A stretch of DNA of 64,000 bases, from the NCBI RefSeq assembly GCF_963921235.1, contig NC_086107.1, forward strand, positions 98,086,001 to 98,150,000, written 5' to 3'. A program made the position numbers and the translations under genes. Origin of the DNA: Mobula hypostoma. Lineage: Eukaryota. The notes beneath the pieces are model-generated. The model saw nothing but the letters and a program-made list of their open reading frames with translations. It was not told the DNA's origin and did no database searches. This document shows positions 14,290-28,427 of the stretch, piece by piece. Numbering within the stretch: the first letter of the stretch is position 1; every line of letters begins with the position of its first letter.

Positions 14290-16240
14290 ATCGATGGCAA
14301 GAACCGGGCGAGTGCACATGCGAACACAATCGCGCGGTGAATCAACTGGGCCTCCTACATGTGGGAGGCACACTGTCTGGCGTGGGCTTTCAGGAGCACA
14401 TCTTTTTGTCTCGGCGAATTCGTTTCATAGCTCTCACACTGTAAATTGTCCATCTTGTACCTTTGCTAACATGATTCAGTTAAATGATGTTTAATCGTTG
14501 TCGTTCTCACCCTGCGGATACGTAACGTTTTGGTGATGAGGATCAAAACAAGAATGGCCCTTTAGAGCAATTTTTGGGTTGAGCACATTTACCTATAGCA
14601 AATTACTTTGGCTACCCAGCCTTCACATCTGAATATGGATTGTGGATTCAATTTGGAGAGCAGCTCTGAACAATGGGCCCCTAAAAGCTGTGAATCCCAG
14701 ACCAGACGATCCTGATTAAAATTCATTTGATGTCTGTGGTGTGGGTGCGAATCGGGAGGTGTGAAGTTTGTGTGTAGTTTCAGAGAAAGTATTGTCCATA
14801 CACTGTAAACGTAGGACTGTCCTTTTAATGTTTATCGGGCCCCACGTGGGGCCAGCCAGACCCTTCGACCGAAAGGATTTCTATATGATGCCTGCTGTAC
14901 CTTGTGTTGTCGAATAAAGAAGCTGCTTCATAACTACCAGTAATTTTCTCAAGTGATTTCATTCATGCAACAACATGGTCACTCTACTCCAAGCACCCAA
15001 TCCAGTTTGGACGCAGCTACAACAAAACCAACCACTGGATCACGGTAGTCCTTCTTTACTATATGAAACTCCTACTAACTTTAACACCTGTGACAAAGTT
15101 GGAGGAAGCAATGAAACTTAAAAATGCTCTGCATGCACTTGGGAGAACTTGGACATAAATAGCTCTATGGTCTGCACCTACAAATCAAATCTGAAATAAC
15201 AGGCACGTTTGAGGCTTTGGACAATATTTGGAGGATGTAGGACAGTGTCCTTACGCACACTTCAGGTTCTCAGCTGTGACAGACCTGGCAAGAACATTGA
15301 TTATTTCATCACGACTGACCCTATTGCAGGAATGCAATACGAAGACATCTCCCGAAGCAAATTCGAAGAAGCAATGCATATCCAAGCAATGATCAGGAGC
15401 GCCTCCTGTCCGAAAAGCACTATTTGTCCTGGGATACAGCACGCTCCACAGCTTACCACTGGGAGGCAGTCAAGACTCTTCACAGATTCAGCCCCCTCTC
15501 AGAAGCATCAATGTTTGCCAGCCGATACCGGCCCATAGGCTACAGTCTCCACCGAGATCACGGAAGACTCTGCAAGGAAGCTATCGCTGCGGTGAATAGT
15601 CCAACTGCAAGCATCAAAAGATAGTCGGCTGGTTCTATGAGCAAGTTGGGCACCTCAAGAAGGGATGCTTGGCTAAGCAATGCGCCATGAGAAAATAGCA
15701 AAATTCAACCATTAACTCTATGCAAGGAGTCAGTCACAGTGAAGTGGGCAGTATTCTCCAAACCCATGACATGGGCCAAAGAAACCAGCCTCCTTACTTG
15801 GTTACACTCAAAGTGGACAACCAGCCCATGAAATTTGAGCTGGATACTGGGTCAGCTGACGGTAAACGTATTACCTTTGCACCAGACTCCGAAATTATCA
15901 TCGCCAAATCCAATTTCTGCAGCTACACTGGAGAGAGCACTGACATGCATGGTGTACTTAGTGGAAATGGCTCACTAGGGGATTTGTTTCAGTTATCCGT
16001 GCCTGTGGTCGGGGGAAGCCAACAACCTAATTTGCTGAGCAGAAACTGGATTAAAAAGATGCCATTGGTGCTGTCCTGCATCAACTGCATTGGGGAGAAC
16101 CCTGTATTGAATTCTACTGCAAAGGCGCCAGCAGGTTTTCCATGCTGACACTCTGGTACACAGTGGTCCGGCAGCTAAGTTCAAGGTTAAAGGTAACTGC
16201 CAGCCGAAGTTTTACAAAGTTTTAGACAGTTTAAGAAGTT
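14290..16240 (+). mobile_element. Old Ty3/Gypsy remnant (LTR end, PBS-like site, gag, aspartic protease)
   Basis: PBS-like TGGTGATGAGGAT at about 14531 after an LTR-like segment; degenerate knuckle YRCG...GHLKKGC near 15580-15670; protease VTLKVDNQPMKFELDTGSA...PNLLSRNW (ORF 15720-16148). Confidence 0.7.
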
Positions 16241-17009
16241 TTACACTGTCATATGCAGCGGGCTCAAAGGTAGAAAAACCTGACTGACAGAGATTAGATC
16301 TCCTGCAACCAGCCATCCAATATGCAGCAAGCGAGAAGACATGAAACAAAAATATGATCTGCACACTGATCTGTGTGATATAATATGATCACACTGATAG
16401 GATCTGTGATTGTTTGGTGCCAGAGACAAAGACTAACACATGCTTCTTGCGGAAGGAAAACTGGTTACCGGCTGTCATCTGGGACTGTCACAGCCGAGTA
16501 GCAGAAGCTTGAACTGACAGCTGACTTGTCTTTCCTGCTCTGCGGGTACATAACACAATCCCAACAGGAATCTACAACGCTTCCCCCACCCCCCCCAACA
16601 AACTCCTGCACCCTCGTTCCAGTTACACATCATCTGCACTCTCCCCCTATGTTTATACTCACTGGAAGCATGTGTATCAGGATAATGAGGTTAACAAATA
16701 CAGAAAAAAAATAATATACAGTAAAACCAGCAGTCAAACAGCTGTTTGCACCTCGACCTCCAAAATCCAATCAGAACTTTAGCCCGCAGACACATCACTC
16801 TCAGTGTTGTTCTGTCACCCTAACCCATGGGCCCCAGCCCTACTTTCAATCCTTCACCCACCCTCTGTTCAACCAGGTAACCCCTCACATCCAGCGTTAT
16901 GGTTTGCCTCAAATGCTCCCATCTCAGTGAGCGACTTCTCTTCCTGTTGCCCTGCAGACAGGTGATGAATGGAGTGAGTGCTGAGAGTTTAACCAGAGCA
17001 GGTCCTTAC

Positions 17010-17065
17010 CCAATAATAACGCCAGCAACGCCAGCAGCAGCCACTTCTTCACATAGGGGACACAC
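17010..17065 (-). CDS. SUN2: SUN2 coding exon 6 (CVPYVKKWLLLALLALLL), first half of the transmembrane helix
   Basis: Acceptor attttcccctccag, donor G|gtaagg, 56 nt, phase 2 to 1. Hydrophobic run follows KK. Confidence 0.9.
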
Positions 17066-17282
17066 CTGGAGGGGAAAATACATGTCAGCACTCAGCCCTG
17101 CTCCATTCTCTAAACACAGCCATACATACCAGCGAGAGCGGGCTGCCCCATGGACGGCGCACCCAGGGTACAGCGAGAGTGGGCTGCCCCACGGAGGTTG
17201 TACTAGTTACAGTAATATGGTGAGGGGGAGGTAGACGGGTGACATTGGTTTTGTTAACCAGGTCGAGGCAGGGACTACGCAC

Positions 17283-17376
17283 CTAGAGAGCGTGAAGACG
17301 TCAAGCAAGGAGACAGCTGTTGTTAACCGGTACCAGGATGTGCCCAACCACCAGTACATCATGGACAGAGCTTTAC
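17283..17376 (-). CDS. SUN2: SUN2 coding exon 5 (GKALSMMYWWLGTSWYRLTTAVSLLDVFTLS-R)
   Basis: Near-identical to the SUN2 amphipathic segment LLYWWAGTTWYRLTTAASLLDVFVLTR. Acceptor tctttcag, donor AG|gtgcgt, 94 nt, phase 1 to 2. Confidence 0.96.
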
Positions 17377-18280
17377 CTGAAAGATTTGGTAGCACATTAT
17401 TAGACGACGTTCAACCCAGACGTTTCTGATCACTGGATGGGGCGATTACCCAGTCTTTCAGACATAAAAGCCCACTGAAATTGTGGAACTGCATCTGGCT
17501 AAAGGATTGCTCCCCCTTCCGTGGCTGGGAGAATCTGGGGGGAGTTGATGAGCACGTGAAAGAGGACAGGTTGCAGGGAGATAAAAAGGACAATGACACC
17601 AATGAGGCTCATGGACCCAATGGGGTGAATGACCTCCTGTGCCCAAAGTATGGTAAAGTAATGGGAAAGAGATTGCCTCTTCCTGCCTGCCGGGAGCCTT
17701 GCCTTTTGGCTGGGCTGTGCTCCCTCATACAGTGGGAGAGATCGTAGTGCAGCTAATACTACCCCATAACCAACATAAGCTGTGTAAAACTTGCCATGAA
17801 CATATCCACTGTTACATTGCACCCCAATTTCTAATGGTCCTCCTTTGTTGCAACGCAAGTTAGCAGGTCCAAAAGTGGTCCTGTTCTTTCATCTCCCAAG
17901 TGCACATGGATAGCAATTCTGCAAGCCTCCCTGAGGAGTTATAATAGGGCTTGATTTGGGTTCAAGTAACTGAGCACTGACGAATGTCAGTCTGTCATCT
18001 CCTGGCCCTCCAGTCTGCAAATCCAACTAACCAATCATTTCTGAAGGACTCAGAGGGAACACACTGCAGTGAGGTCACAGCGCCTCCCACCAGCTCAGGT
18101 TCCTTCCCGCATTGTCCCAGTAGTCCCAGGCTGCTCTGACAGAATCTGCAAACCCCAGTGGTTTTAGGACAGAGCTCCACTAACAGGGACACCCATTTGT
18201 CAGCAGGTCATCAGTTCACTTGGGGAAACTTTGGAAGCTTTGACCCAAAAGGGTTAAGATAAGAAAAGAAAAATTTGCAC

Positions 18281-18349
18281 CTGGAGACAGTACCGAGACC
18301 CAGCCCCAGAATCTGGAAACAGGAGAGGTCGCTGCAGGCTGTGCGGAAC
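18281..18349 (-). CDS. SUN2: SUN2 coding exon 4 (GSAQPAATSPVSRFWGWVSVLSP)
   Basis: Strong acceptor ttcctgttctttcccaccctctag, donor CAG|gtgcaa, 69 nt, phase 1 to 1. Ends in W..V.SPG like SUN2 LWMVATSPG. Confidence 0.85.
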
Positions 18350-19869
18350 CTAGAGGGTGGGAAAGAACAGGAAGACGTCACCAAAGCAAACTTACCCTCA
18401 AATGGTTTATAACACTCAAGGGACCACTTGGCCCAGAGCCTGTGCTACTGTTCATGAAGCAGCTCAGCAGATAATTAGCCCCTCAAACTGCCCGCTCCGA
18501 CCCCCAAATGCCCCACAGCCAATCTCCCGCTCTCATCATCACCCAACTCATTCTTCCCCAGAACACCCAATAACCAAACCCCTCCCCAAATAAATCCCCC
18601 AGCTCATCTCCCACTCTCCCCCATGACCCCATTCTCTGTAACATCCACAGCCCCTCTCCCGAATCTCACACTCCTCACAGCTTCACAACGCCATCTCACT
18701 ACCTTGGAGGTCACAGTGGCCACTCAGCAAGGGTTGGCACTTGTTCTAATAACTCTCTGCAAACAAATATCCTCCCAACCCCCTCCTCCAGTCAGAATTT
18801 CCCTCAGTTACTACATTACCAAACAGAACAGGATTAGCTTCAGACTCTCGAGCACATTGGAGGATAGCTAATATACCCATTATTTTAAAGAGGTACAAAG
18901 AAACCAGGATAGTACAACCGTGCTGGGTACACGTTGGGATTCACCAGCAATAGAGAGCGCCTGGTGAAGACTGATGATCAGACACATGAACACATGAAAA
19001 GGAAACAATTCTTAATGAGCCTGCAGGAGAAATTTGAGTATGAAACTTACAGAGTAGACGAGGGGATGTAGGGCATTTGGACATTCAACAAGATTTCACA
19101 CAAGAGATTGGTTACAAATTAAAACACTTGGGATTGAGGGCAAGTACTGATTAGCAACAGGGAACTGGTTGGCTAACAGGAAATGGAGCAGGAATAAATG
19201 AGCCCTTTTTCTCAAATGACAGGTCTCTTATGCACAGATGGATGTTCTCGCTGGGGGAGGAAGGCCGTGCACACAAGACCAATTTTTGGTTTCAGCAAAA
19301 CTAAAGAGAAATTCAGTCAGAGGATTGAGATGAGAAGCTGTGGGATCTTCTACCACAGAAAGCGTTAAATAGTTTCAAGAAAGAGGCATAGTTTTTAACA
19401 CTAAAGGAACTGAAGGACATGGGGAGAAAGCTGGAACAAGGGATTGATGTGGTTGATCAACCATGATCATGTGGATTGATGGAGGGTGTGTAAATGGCTA
19501 ACTCCTACTATTTTCTAAACCTTTATCATTTAACGGTAATTCTGTGAACTCTCCACATGGCCCTCTCTACTCTCGTGTGCCTTCCTGCCATCAAAGGTCC
19601 TGTCATCCCCACCCGGGGCAGCTGGACTGGGCCAATCCCCAGGGGAGGGCCTGCAAGCGACGAGTCCGACCTACATCACACAGTAGAAAGCAACGGTCAG
19701 CTACAAACAAAAGACTTGCCAATCACCCCATTGAAATCTCACAGCTTCAAATCCCCAGCATCAACACCAGGGACTCGCTGGTCCCCAAAAGCTCAATGTG
19801 ACCTTAGGGGAACACAAGTAGAGGGCAAAGGTTCAGCCTTTCACATAGGAACCCACCTCAAGACAGGCA

Positions 19870-20612
19870 GGTAGAATTCAACTCGGAAAAGTTTGAAGTG
19901 ATTCATTTTGGAAGGTCGAATTTAAAGAAAGAATACAGAGTTAGTGGCAGGACTCCCGGCAGTAAGGAGGTATGGAGGGATCTCCGGGAGCACATCCATA
20001 GATCCCTCAAAGTTGCCAAGCAAGTTGATTGGGTTAAAGTGGAGTATGGTGAGTTGGCCTTCATCAGCTGGGGGATCGAGTTCAAGACTTCAACACATAA
20101 AACTCTGGCTAGACCACATGGAATATTGTGTTCAGTTCTGGATGTTTCATTATAGAAAGTATGTGGAAACTTTAGTGAAGGTGTAGAGGAGGTTTACCAG
20201 GATGCTGCCTAGACCAGAAGGCATGTCTTAGGAAGACACATTGTGCAAGCTGGAGCTTTTCTCTTTCGAGCAAAGGACTTGATAATGGTGAACAAGAGGC
20301 ATAGATAGAATGGATAGGCAGAAATACTCTCCCAAGGTGGAAATGGCTAATACAAAAGGGGGCATGATTTTAGGGTGATTGAAGGAACGTACAGTGGGGT
20401 GTCAGAGGCAAGTCCTTTACACAGAGTGATGGGTGTGTGGAAAGCCCTGCTGGGGGTGGTGCTAGAGTCAGATACACCACGGTTATTTAAAAGACTCTTG
20501 ACAGGCACATGGATGATAGAAAAAAAAATAGAATTAGGTAGGAGAGACAGGTTAGATCAATCTTAGGTCAGCACAACATTATGTGTCAAAGGGTCTGTAG
20601 AGTACTGTACTT
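19870..20612 (+). mobile_element. CR1 3' fragment
   Basis: Motifs IHFGRSN, EYCVQFW.FHYRK; typical CR1 3' region. Confidence 0.8.
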
Positions 20613-22669
20613 TTTAAACCCTGCAACATCTTTCCAATATGTCCAAACTCATCAATACAGCCACACTGTCCAGAATCTCTCGATGAGTCAAGATTCTCAA
20701 CTTCATTCAGAGAAAAACAGCTGACTTGTTCATCGTTTAGTCCCTCTCTTCCTCTCCAGAGTGCTACTGATATTATGACAGTAGCACGTGCAATAGACAA
20801 GATGCTCAGCAGCTGCTCCCAAAGCATCTGGAAGAACTGGAAAATATATCATCTGCAGATGGGGCACCATCACGTCTCCTCCATCTATTACCAACTTCCA
20901 ATTATCAAATACACGAAGAAACAAACAGTGTACTCGCCAACAAACAAACTGCAAACTTTTAACCCATTTCCTGTGTTAGCTTTCAACCAGAGAAAGACTG
21001 CTAAAAGAACTTCGTCGCCAAGGACCTCTGCTGGAGCTGTCAGCAAGCTCTCAACCAACATAGTGATCACAGCTGTCAAAAGGGCTGTGGTGACAAAGCG
21101 AAAAAAAACACACTTGTGCTGTTTTTTGGATTACTGGTCATCATTAATATCATCACTGCCATCTCCCTCTGCATTTCACCCTGTGGCTGGATGCACAAAT
21201 AGGTAAGGTTATTGAAAGTATGATGTGCTTCACACCAGGATTTACAGATCAAGGCATAGAAACAAGGAAAGATTTGTTTATTTAAATTTTTTTATCGTTT
21301 TTAAATGAGAGCTGTGTAAACTAGTGGCTGGGACTAGTAGGAGCCGCATGGGGCTCCACACATGGAAGGATTTCAATCCGAAGAAAAGATTCAGACAATT
21401 GGATTAACAGGAAGGAGCACTCTGGAAAAGTTAAGAACATTTTCTTCAGAATGAGGTGACCCACTGAAGGTTTACATGATCCATAGGTTATGAAAGAGAA
21501 AATGTCTCACTACAAAGTGATCAGCAACCGTAGATCCAAACCTGGAGCTGATATTGTTAATAATTTTAAGTAGACAGATACAAGTGGCAGACAAGAACTG
21601 GAGACCTCTGAACTGATTGCTCTCTAGCAGAGTGGGGATGGCTTTCCTCACCCCAGTTAATGGGCTCTAAGAACGGGGTAATTTGTTGTCGAATGGCAGC
21701 AACCTGCTAAAACGGTGTGAATTAGCAATAATCAAAGTGGGGGGGGGGGAGAAGACAAACGTTCATGTACAGTGGGTGAAGTATGGGAGGTATCTCTCAA
21801 AAGTGATGGTGTTTAATGAAAAGGTGAAGGGCTCAAGCTCGAGAGGGGCATGCCTGTTCACTGCTAACCCTTTGACAGCGTTGTGGCAGGACAGGCAGGG
21901 TGTTCACCCACACACTTGGCTTTGTGGTTCAGGTCTGTACTGAAGAATCACGCTCAGCTTTGACACCAAGCAGAGATGTTTATTACCACTTTGCGTCTCT
22001 TTATTAAGTTAACAAAGAGCAACTAAAGCCATTATCATTATTCACTTCCCAGATGGGAGACTCAAACATTTTTCTGCATTTACCAGGACAGTTAGTACAT
22101 GGCTCTTAGGATCAGTAGTTCACTTATGGGAACAGATAGTGACGACACCACAAACAGTGAACAAACTAACACCACAATGTGCCGTAGATCACAGAGACCT
22201 GCATCAACATGACCAAACACAGACATAAAGTCAACAAATAACAAAACTGGGTGCCTCTGTGAAAGGGTCCACCAACACGGGAAGATCGGAGCTACACTGT
22301 TTAAACGTTTCCCCATCAGGAGCTGAATGGAAAGGTAGTCCACCAGCGGACTACCCCCACCGGCTGACTGAAAGCTTGAAACAACAGATTACTCCTGACG
22401 GGCGTAAGCCAGCAACAAAGGATTGGCTGTTCGAGTCCACCCACACTCGGCCTCACCCCACCTCGCAATAGGTCACCTGCCCACACCCTGTCCTAGCAAC
22501 AGGCTGCCCACCCTAGTTAAAAACAATCACAAATGGCCAAACCCCCTTTGCATCCATTCCACAGTGTGCCCCCTCTGAACATGTAACATCCAATGTACTT
22601 CCGGATGGGGACATAGAGGAGTAGGGTGCAGGATAGAGGACAGAGAGATATATAGATTGTTCCATTTAC

Positions 22670-22828
22670 CGAGCTGCTCATCCTCTGAGGAGTAACCAGA
22701 TGTTGAAGATGTGTAGATATCGGAAGAAGCTGCAGGTTTTGGCAGAATCCCAGCCCTGAAACCATTTGCTCTCTTTACCGTCCCAGTTAGCCCTTCATAA
22801 TTGTCCTCAAAGGTAGACGTACCTCCAG
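22670..22828 (-). CDS. SUN2: SUN2 coding exon 3 (AGGTSTFEDNYEG...YTSSTSGYSSEDEQL)
   Basis: Acceptor tgtttctaacag, donor G|gtaaat, 159 nt, phase 1 to 1. Contains the SUN2 hallmark SGYSSED. Confidence 0.92.
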
Positions 22829-22959
22829 CTGTTAGAAACATCACACAGGTTACCAAACGAAATCATTTCAGGGAATCACTCACCTCCCAGTCATTACAGC
22901 CCAAAGTCAGTAATCTCTCACAATCATAAGCTACTAGAGCCTGTCAGTCCAAGGCCTCC

Positions 22960-23418
22960 TCTACTAACACAATGAGGCCGCACTCAGGTTGGAGGAGGAA
23001 CAGCTTAAAGGAAGCCTCCAACCTGATGGCATGAACATGGATTTCTTGAACTTCCAGTAATTGCCCCCACCCTCACCACTCTCATTCCCCTCTCTCACAT
23101 CTGCTTACCTCTCTCTGGTGCTCTTCCCCCTTCCCTTTCGTCCATGGCCTCTGTCCTCTCCTATCAGATTCCCCCTTCTCCATCCCTTTATCTTTCACCA
23201 ATGAACTTCACAATTCTTTACTTCACCCCTCCCTCTCCCCCGGTTTCACTTACCACCTCCTAACTTTTACTTCTTCCTCCCCTCCTCCCAGCTTCTTACA
23301 CTGACTTCTCATCTCTCCCCCCCTCCCCCAGTTCTGATGAAGTGTCTCAGCCCGAAATACTCTTTTTCACAGATGTCGCCTGGCCTGCTAAGTACCTCCA
23401 GCATTTTGTGTGTGTGTT
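22960..23418 (+). mobile_element. Penelope-like 3' end / terminal repeat fragment
   Basis: Similar to 39845-40310 (ctcaggttggagga...gatggcatgaacat...ctgatgaag.gtctc.gcccgaaa...cctggcctgct). Confidence 0.75.
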
Positions 23419-24743
23419 ACTATCACAGTCTACACATCGTACCCAGTTCTGGACTATTTACTATTGCAGACAATTCTGCTGCCAGTCTTCCCCACAGTGT
23501 CATGCAATAATCTCACAGCAGCTGTTACAAGGCAAGGCAATATACTGGTACAGTTCAGTACCTTGTGCAGCAACTGTGGGCGGGGAAGAATCAAATCAGA
23601 TCAAATCCCTGCATCAGTACGAAGCATGGAGAGGGGAGATGGCCAGTATAAACAGGGTATAGTGGTGAGACAAGGACCGGCAGCAACGGAAGGACTGGAT
23701 AATGGACAGATGGAACCAGGGAGAGGGGAGGAAGTTGGAGCAAGCTAGGACAGCAATAAACAGAAGCACAAAGGCTGGAATCTGATAAGTAAGGAAGGTG
23801 ATAATGGGAACCGTTAGGAGAAAGGTGAAGGGCTGATGAACACAACCAGACTGAGGCAAGGAACATGAGCTGGTGAGTGAACAGATGGATTGAAACCAAC
23901 AAGATCACAAGGAGTGGTGTGAAAATGTGTGATGGGCTAGAAAACCAGGGGACAGAAGCTATGATCTTTGATATACACAAGTGAAACAGAAGGGCATTCA
24001 GAACTTTAAACTGCAGCAAAGTCTATAGTTTCTCAGAAGAGGTGGCTGAGGAAAGGCTCTTGGACTTCAAACCCATGGCAGGTATTGGAACTGTTTCCAG
24101 GGAGAGAGGGTTGGATGATCAAGGGCCGAAATTTCCGATGAGCAGAGTTGGATGCTGAAGTTACACGAGGAGAACTGTGCAGGTCACAGGCAGGTATGGG
24201 AGATACTGCCTAGGACACTGATTCTTCTTCCAAGGACTGAGGGGAAACGGGAAGGGCTGTAGTCAAAGACAGCTCTTTCAAAGTGTGATGGGCCGAAAGG
24301 CCTGTTATCATTTTTGCTGGACTGGACTTTGAGAATCAATCGTCAGTCATGTAGCTTCAGCTCACTGAATCTGTACTGACCACCAGTCGACCATTTGTAC
24401 ACTAACTCCACATTCCAATCAACTCCCCCCCCACCCCCAGATTCCACCACTCACCTCCATTCTAGGGATAATTTACAGCAATCAATTCACCCATCAACCC
24501 GCATGTCTCTGTGATGTGGGTGGAAATCCCAGAACATCCAGGGGAAACAGATCAGGGACAATGTGCTAACTTCACACAGACACTAGCAGCAGCCAGGCTC
24601 TCTAGCTCTTCTCTGCTGGCCTCCCCACTATTTAGTTTCAGGACAAAAGCTGTTGAGTAGCTGTAAAGATTTCCAGGGTGCAAGCGTGTACACAGACCAA
24701 CAGAGCCCAGCTCCTCATATCACTATCTCCCAAGGACACATAC

Positions 24744-24925
24744 CGACTGGCTCAGGCTCCTGCCAGCTGGAAATGCCGGCAAATTGCTGAGAGTGTGTGG
24801 AAGCGTTGCTGACATGACTGGCAAAGCTGCTCTGACTGTTCACTGAACTGTTGGATGTTGAACGCTTGATGCCAGGTGTAGAAGCAAGCCCCGAGCGCTT
24901 GCTGTTTGACTTTCTCTTGGATATC
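24744..24925 (-). CDS. SUN2: SUN2 coding exon 2 (ISKRKSNSKRSGLASTPGIKRSTSNSS...WQEPEPV)
   Basis: Acceptor cctttatcgttgcag, donor G|gtatgt, 182 nt, phase 2 to 1 and in frame with neighbours. KRKSNSKR matches the SUN2 basic NLS region (TLKRKSSNMKR). Confidence 0.88.
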
Positions 24926-27900
24926 CTGCAACGATAAAGGACGTTAATTGAGAATGGAAGCAGAGCAGTAGCGAGAAACACCTACACCCCAGAAAAACAG
25001 GATATCGCATCCTGAAATACACCAGCTGTTGTCACAAGGGTAACGAGGCAGTCGCTATGTACACATCTCATGACAGCTGGATAGCAAATAGCCAGTCTGG
25101 TTACAGGCTAAGGACAAGTGGCCAAGAACACAGGCTCCGAAATCGGTCAAGGCCACCAGGATTGCTGCTGAGCACTGCTCAGGTGTTTGGGTTTGCACAG
25201 CTGGAAGAATCTAGGACTTAGAACACTTATGACGCAAGAGGCCATTCAGCCCATCCCTGCTAGTTAAGTGAAGGGAACCCAGCCACAGATCCACTATCCC
25301 AACACCAGGTCTGTCACGCTGCAGGTCACACATCCACAAGGGCATATCAGATTAGATTATGAGGACACGCAGTCCTCTTTTATTGTCATTTAGTAATGCA
25401 TTCATTAAGAAATGATACAATGTTCTGCCAGAATGATACCACAGAAACACAAGACAAACAAGATTGAGAAACTGACAAAGACCACGTAATTATAACATAT
25501 AGTTACAACAGTGCAAATTAATACCGTGATTTGATAAGAACAGACCATGGGCACAGTAAAAAAAAAAGTCTCAAAGTCTCTCGAAAGTCCCATCATCTCA
25601 CGCAGACGGAGAAGGAAGAAAAACACTCTCTGCCGTGAGCTTCCAGCACCACAAACTTGCCGATGCAGCACCCTGGAAGCACCCGACCACAGCCGACTGC
25701 TGAGTCCGTCGGAAAACTTCGAGCCTCCGACACCGAGCACATTGAAGCACACTAAGGATTTCTGCCTCCACCGCCCTTTGAGAGGTGTTCACACCACATC
25801 ACCCTCTGGGGATAAGTGTTCCCCCCTGAACTCCTCTCTAATCCTTCCACCAAGTACCTTGGATCCCTGTTCCTTGTTTTTTTTTAAAAAACCTCATATG
25901 CTATAGGAAATAGGTTCTTCCTATGTGCTCTGTCCCCCGGGGCCTCATCATTTTAACACGCCTCAATCCAGTCTCCTCTCATTCTGCATTTCAAAGTAAA
26001 TTTTCAACCTTTCATTCACAGCTGTAACTTTCCTGTTCTAGCGACATCCTCGTAAATCTCCTCTGCACTCCCTCCAACAAAAAAAAACCTTTCCTTTAAT
26101 GCGATGGTCACACTTTATGCAATACTCAAGCTATAGAGCAAGTATTATACCCAGTTCCAGTGTAATCTTGTGCACTTCTGCTAACAAAGCATCCTGTGCA
26201 GCTTTTGTTCCGCAGACGGACACCCCAAGGTCCCTCCGTTCCTCCCAGTTTTGTACATTCCTTACCTCGTGCACCTCCTTAGTACATTAACTCGTGCTTT
26301 GCCAGATCAAATTCCATTTGTCTCTTTCCTGCCCCAATGATCAGAGGGTCTACATCTGCCTGCAGTTCTAAAGCTTTCCTTCTCACCATCAACCACGTGG
26401 GCAATTTCTGTGACATCTGAAAACTTCATCACATCCCATGCATTTAGGCCCAAATCATGGAAGTACATTTCACACAGTTAGGGAATGAATCCCAGGCCCT
26501 GTGGTGAGTTTGCCCTCCTGAACACCCAAATTTATCCGTTTAGAATCCAATTTGCCTTTCTCACTTGGGTCCTTCAACAAATCCAGGCTCACTGTTTCTA
26601 ATTAATCTCTCCCTTTTTAAATGAAAAGGCTTCACACTGGCCTTTCGAACATATCCCAATAAATTGTTCATTGCTCAAGGAGGCCATAATCAAGTTAGAA
26701 AGCTATAACTTTGTAAAATGCTGGTTTTAAATGTTAGCATTCTCAAACCCTCTAGCACCACTCCTAGATCCAGACTGCATTCAGAATCTCTATACCTACC
26801 CTTCAGAACCTCTGCAATCTCCTCCCTCACCTCTTTCAACGTCCTGAATTATTTCATCTGGGCCTGACAATTCATCCACTGTCGAAGCTGAAAAACTCTT
26901 TAATACTTTTCAAACATGTGAAAATCTGCAGATGCTGGAAATCCAAAGCAACATACACACACAAAATACTGGAGGAACTCTGCAGGCCAGGAAGTATCTA
27001 TGGGAAAGAGTAAACAGTCGACGTTTCGGGTCAAGACCCCTGGATCTTGGCCTGAAATGTCAACTATTTACTCTTTTCCATAGAGCTACCTGGTCTGCTG
27101 AGCGTCTTAATACATTTAGTCTTTTTACCCCACTCCAGATTTTACACTCATTCACCTCACAACATCAGCATCTTCCTCCTTTCTTGTGAAGCCAGTCACA
27201 ATCTTCATCGACCTTCCTTGTAACCTCTGGTTTCAAACATGGATTAACTTTAAGTCCTTGATGGCCCTATTAAGTTTAGTTATTTTCTTGCTCTTTATGC
27301 ACAAAAAAAAACACCTTTGGATTTTCTTTGATTTTATTTGCTAAATAGTTTCATACACTCCCTTTTCTTTCCTAACTTCCCTCCTTTACTGAGCTTTCTG
27401 CTGAATCTTGTCAGTGGCCGACAGAAGCTTTCCTCCTCTACTTAACCTACCCTCTATACATCTTTTCCTCAGAGCTCTAGTTTAGCAATTCTCCCTTTTC
27501 CTTCATGGGAACAGGTATGCCCTGAACTTTTTGAATCTCTTGAAGCGCCTCCCATTGCTCTGAGACTGATTCACCCTTGGGAAGCTGCTTCCACTCCACT
27601 TTTGCTAAATTACTTCTGTTGAATGCAATTGGCTTTGCCTCAAGTAACAGCCCAGTGAAGCTTACAAATGACATAGGAACATAATTTAGGCTTGCTAGAA
27701 ATGCTCCAAGCCATAACAAATTACTGTGCACTGTTGCAGTGTTTTTTTCAAACTCTTTGCTATCTAGCTTCATGTACTTTTGATTCTGAACCCCTGGTGT
27801 TGGCCCTTTCCCCATACACCTCCCTCACCACCACATCCCACTCATCGATTGAACTTGGCTGTTTTCATTAACTGCACTCTGCCTCCATCCCTTTCCTTTC

Positions 27901-28427
27901 ATCTTTTCCGAATATACTCCTGCCAGCTGTTCAGCTGCCTCTCTTACTGCACCTTCCTTCTTTAACATTCAGCGTAGCAGAACAAATCCATTCTCCTTTC
28001 AAAGGTAGTTCCCTTCCCACCAATTACCTCCTGTAACTTTATTATTCCCAATCAGGGCCTCACCCTGTCCAGTCATTCATGTACTTCGCATTCACACCCA
28101 GTTTATCTTCATCCTTTTCCATAACTAGTCTCAATACAGAAAAATGTCAACATCTCTCTCCCCCCTTCGCCTCCCCCACCACCACTCCACCCACTCCCCA
28201 ACAATCCTGCCTCCTTCCAAACCTTATTTCCCAGATCTACTGTGCTCTTCTAGACTGAAGAACTCATTTCAGGGACTAAACTAAGGAGACGATCTGGGTC
28301 AAGACAAGAAAGATGCCACAGGTCAGTGGATTGAAGTAACATTCCCAATTTAGACTTGCCCACAATTAGCACAATGTTCACCATGAACCAGGCATCTCAA
28401 AACTTAGAAGGGCACACTGGTGTCCAA

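Noticed and set aside
20775..21206. 143-aa plus-strand ORF / second gene inside a SUN2 intron
   Set aside because: No recognisable domain or splice context; at best a very old LINE remnant.
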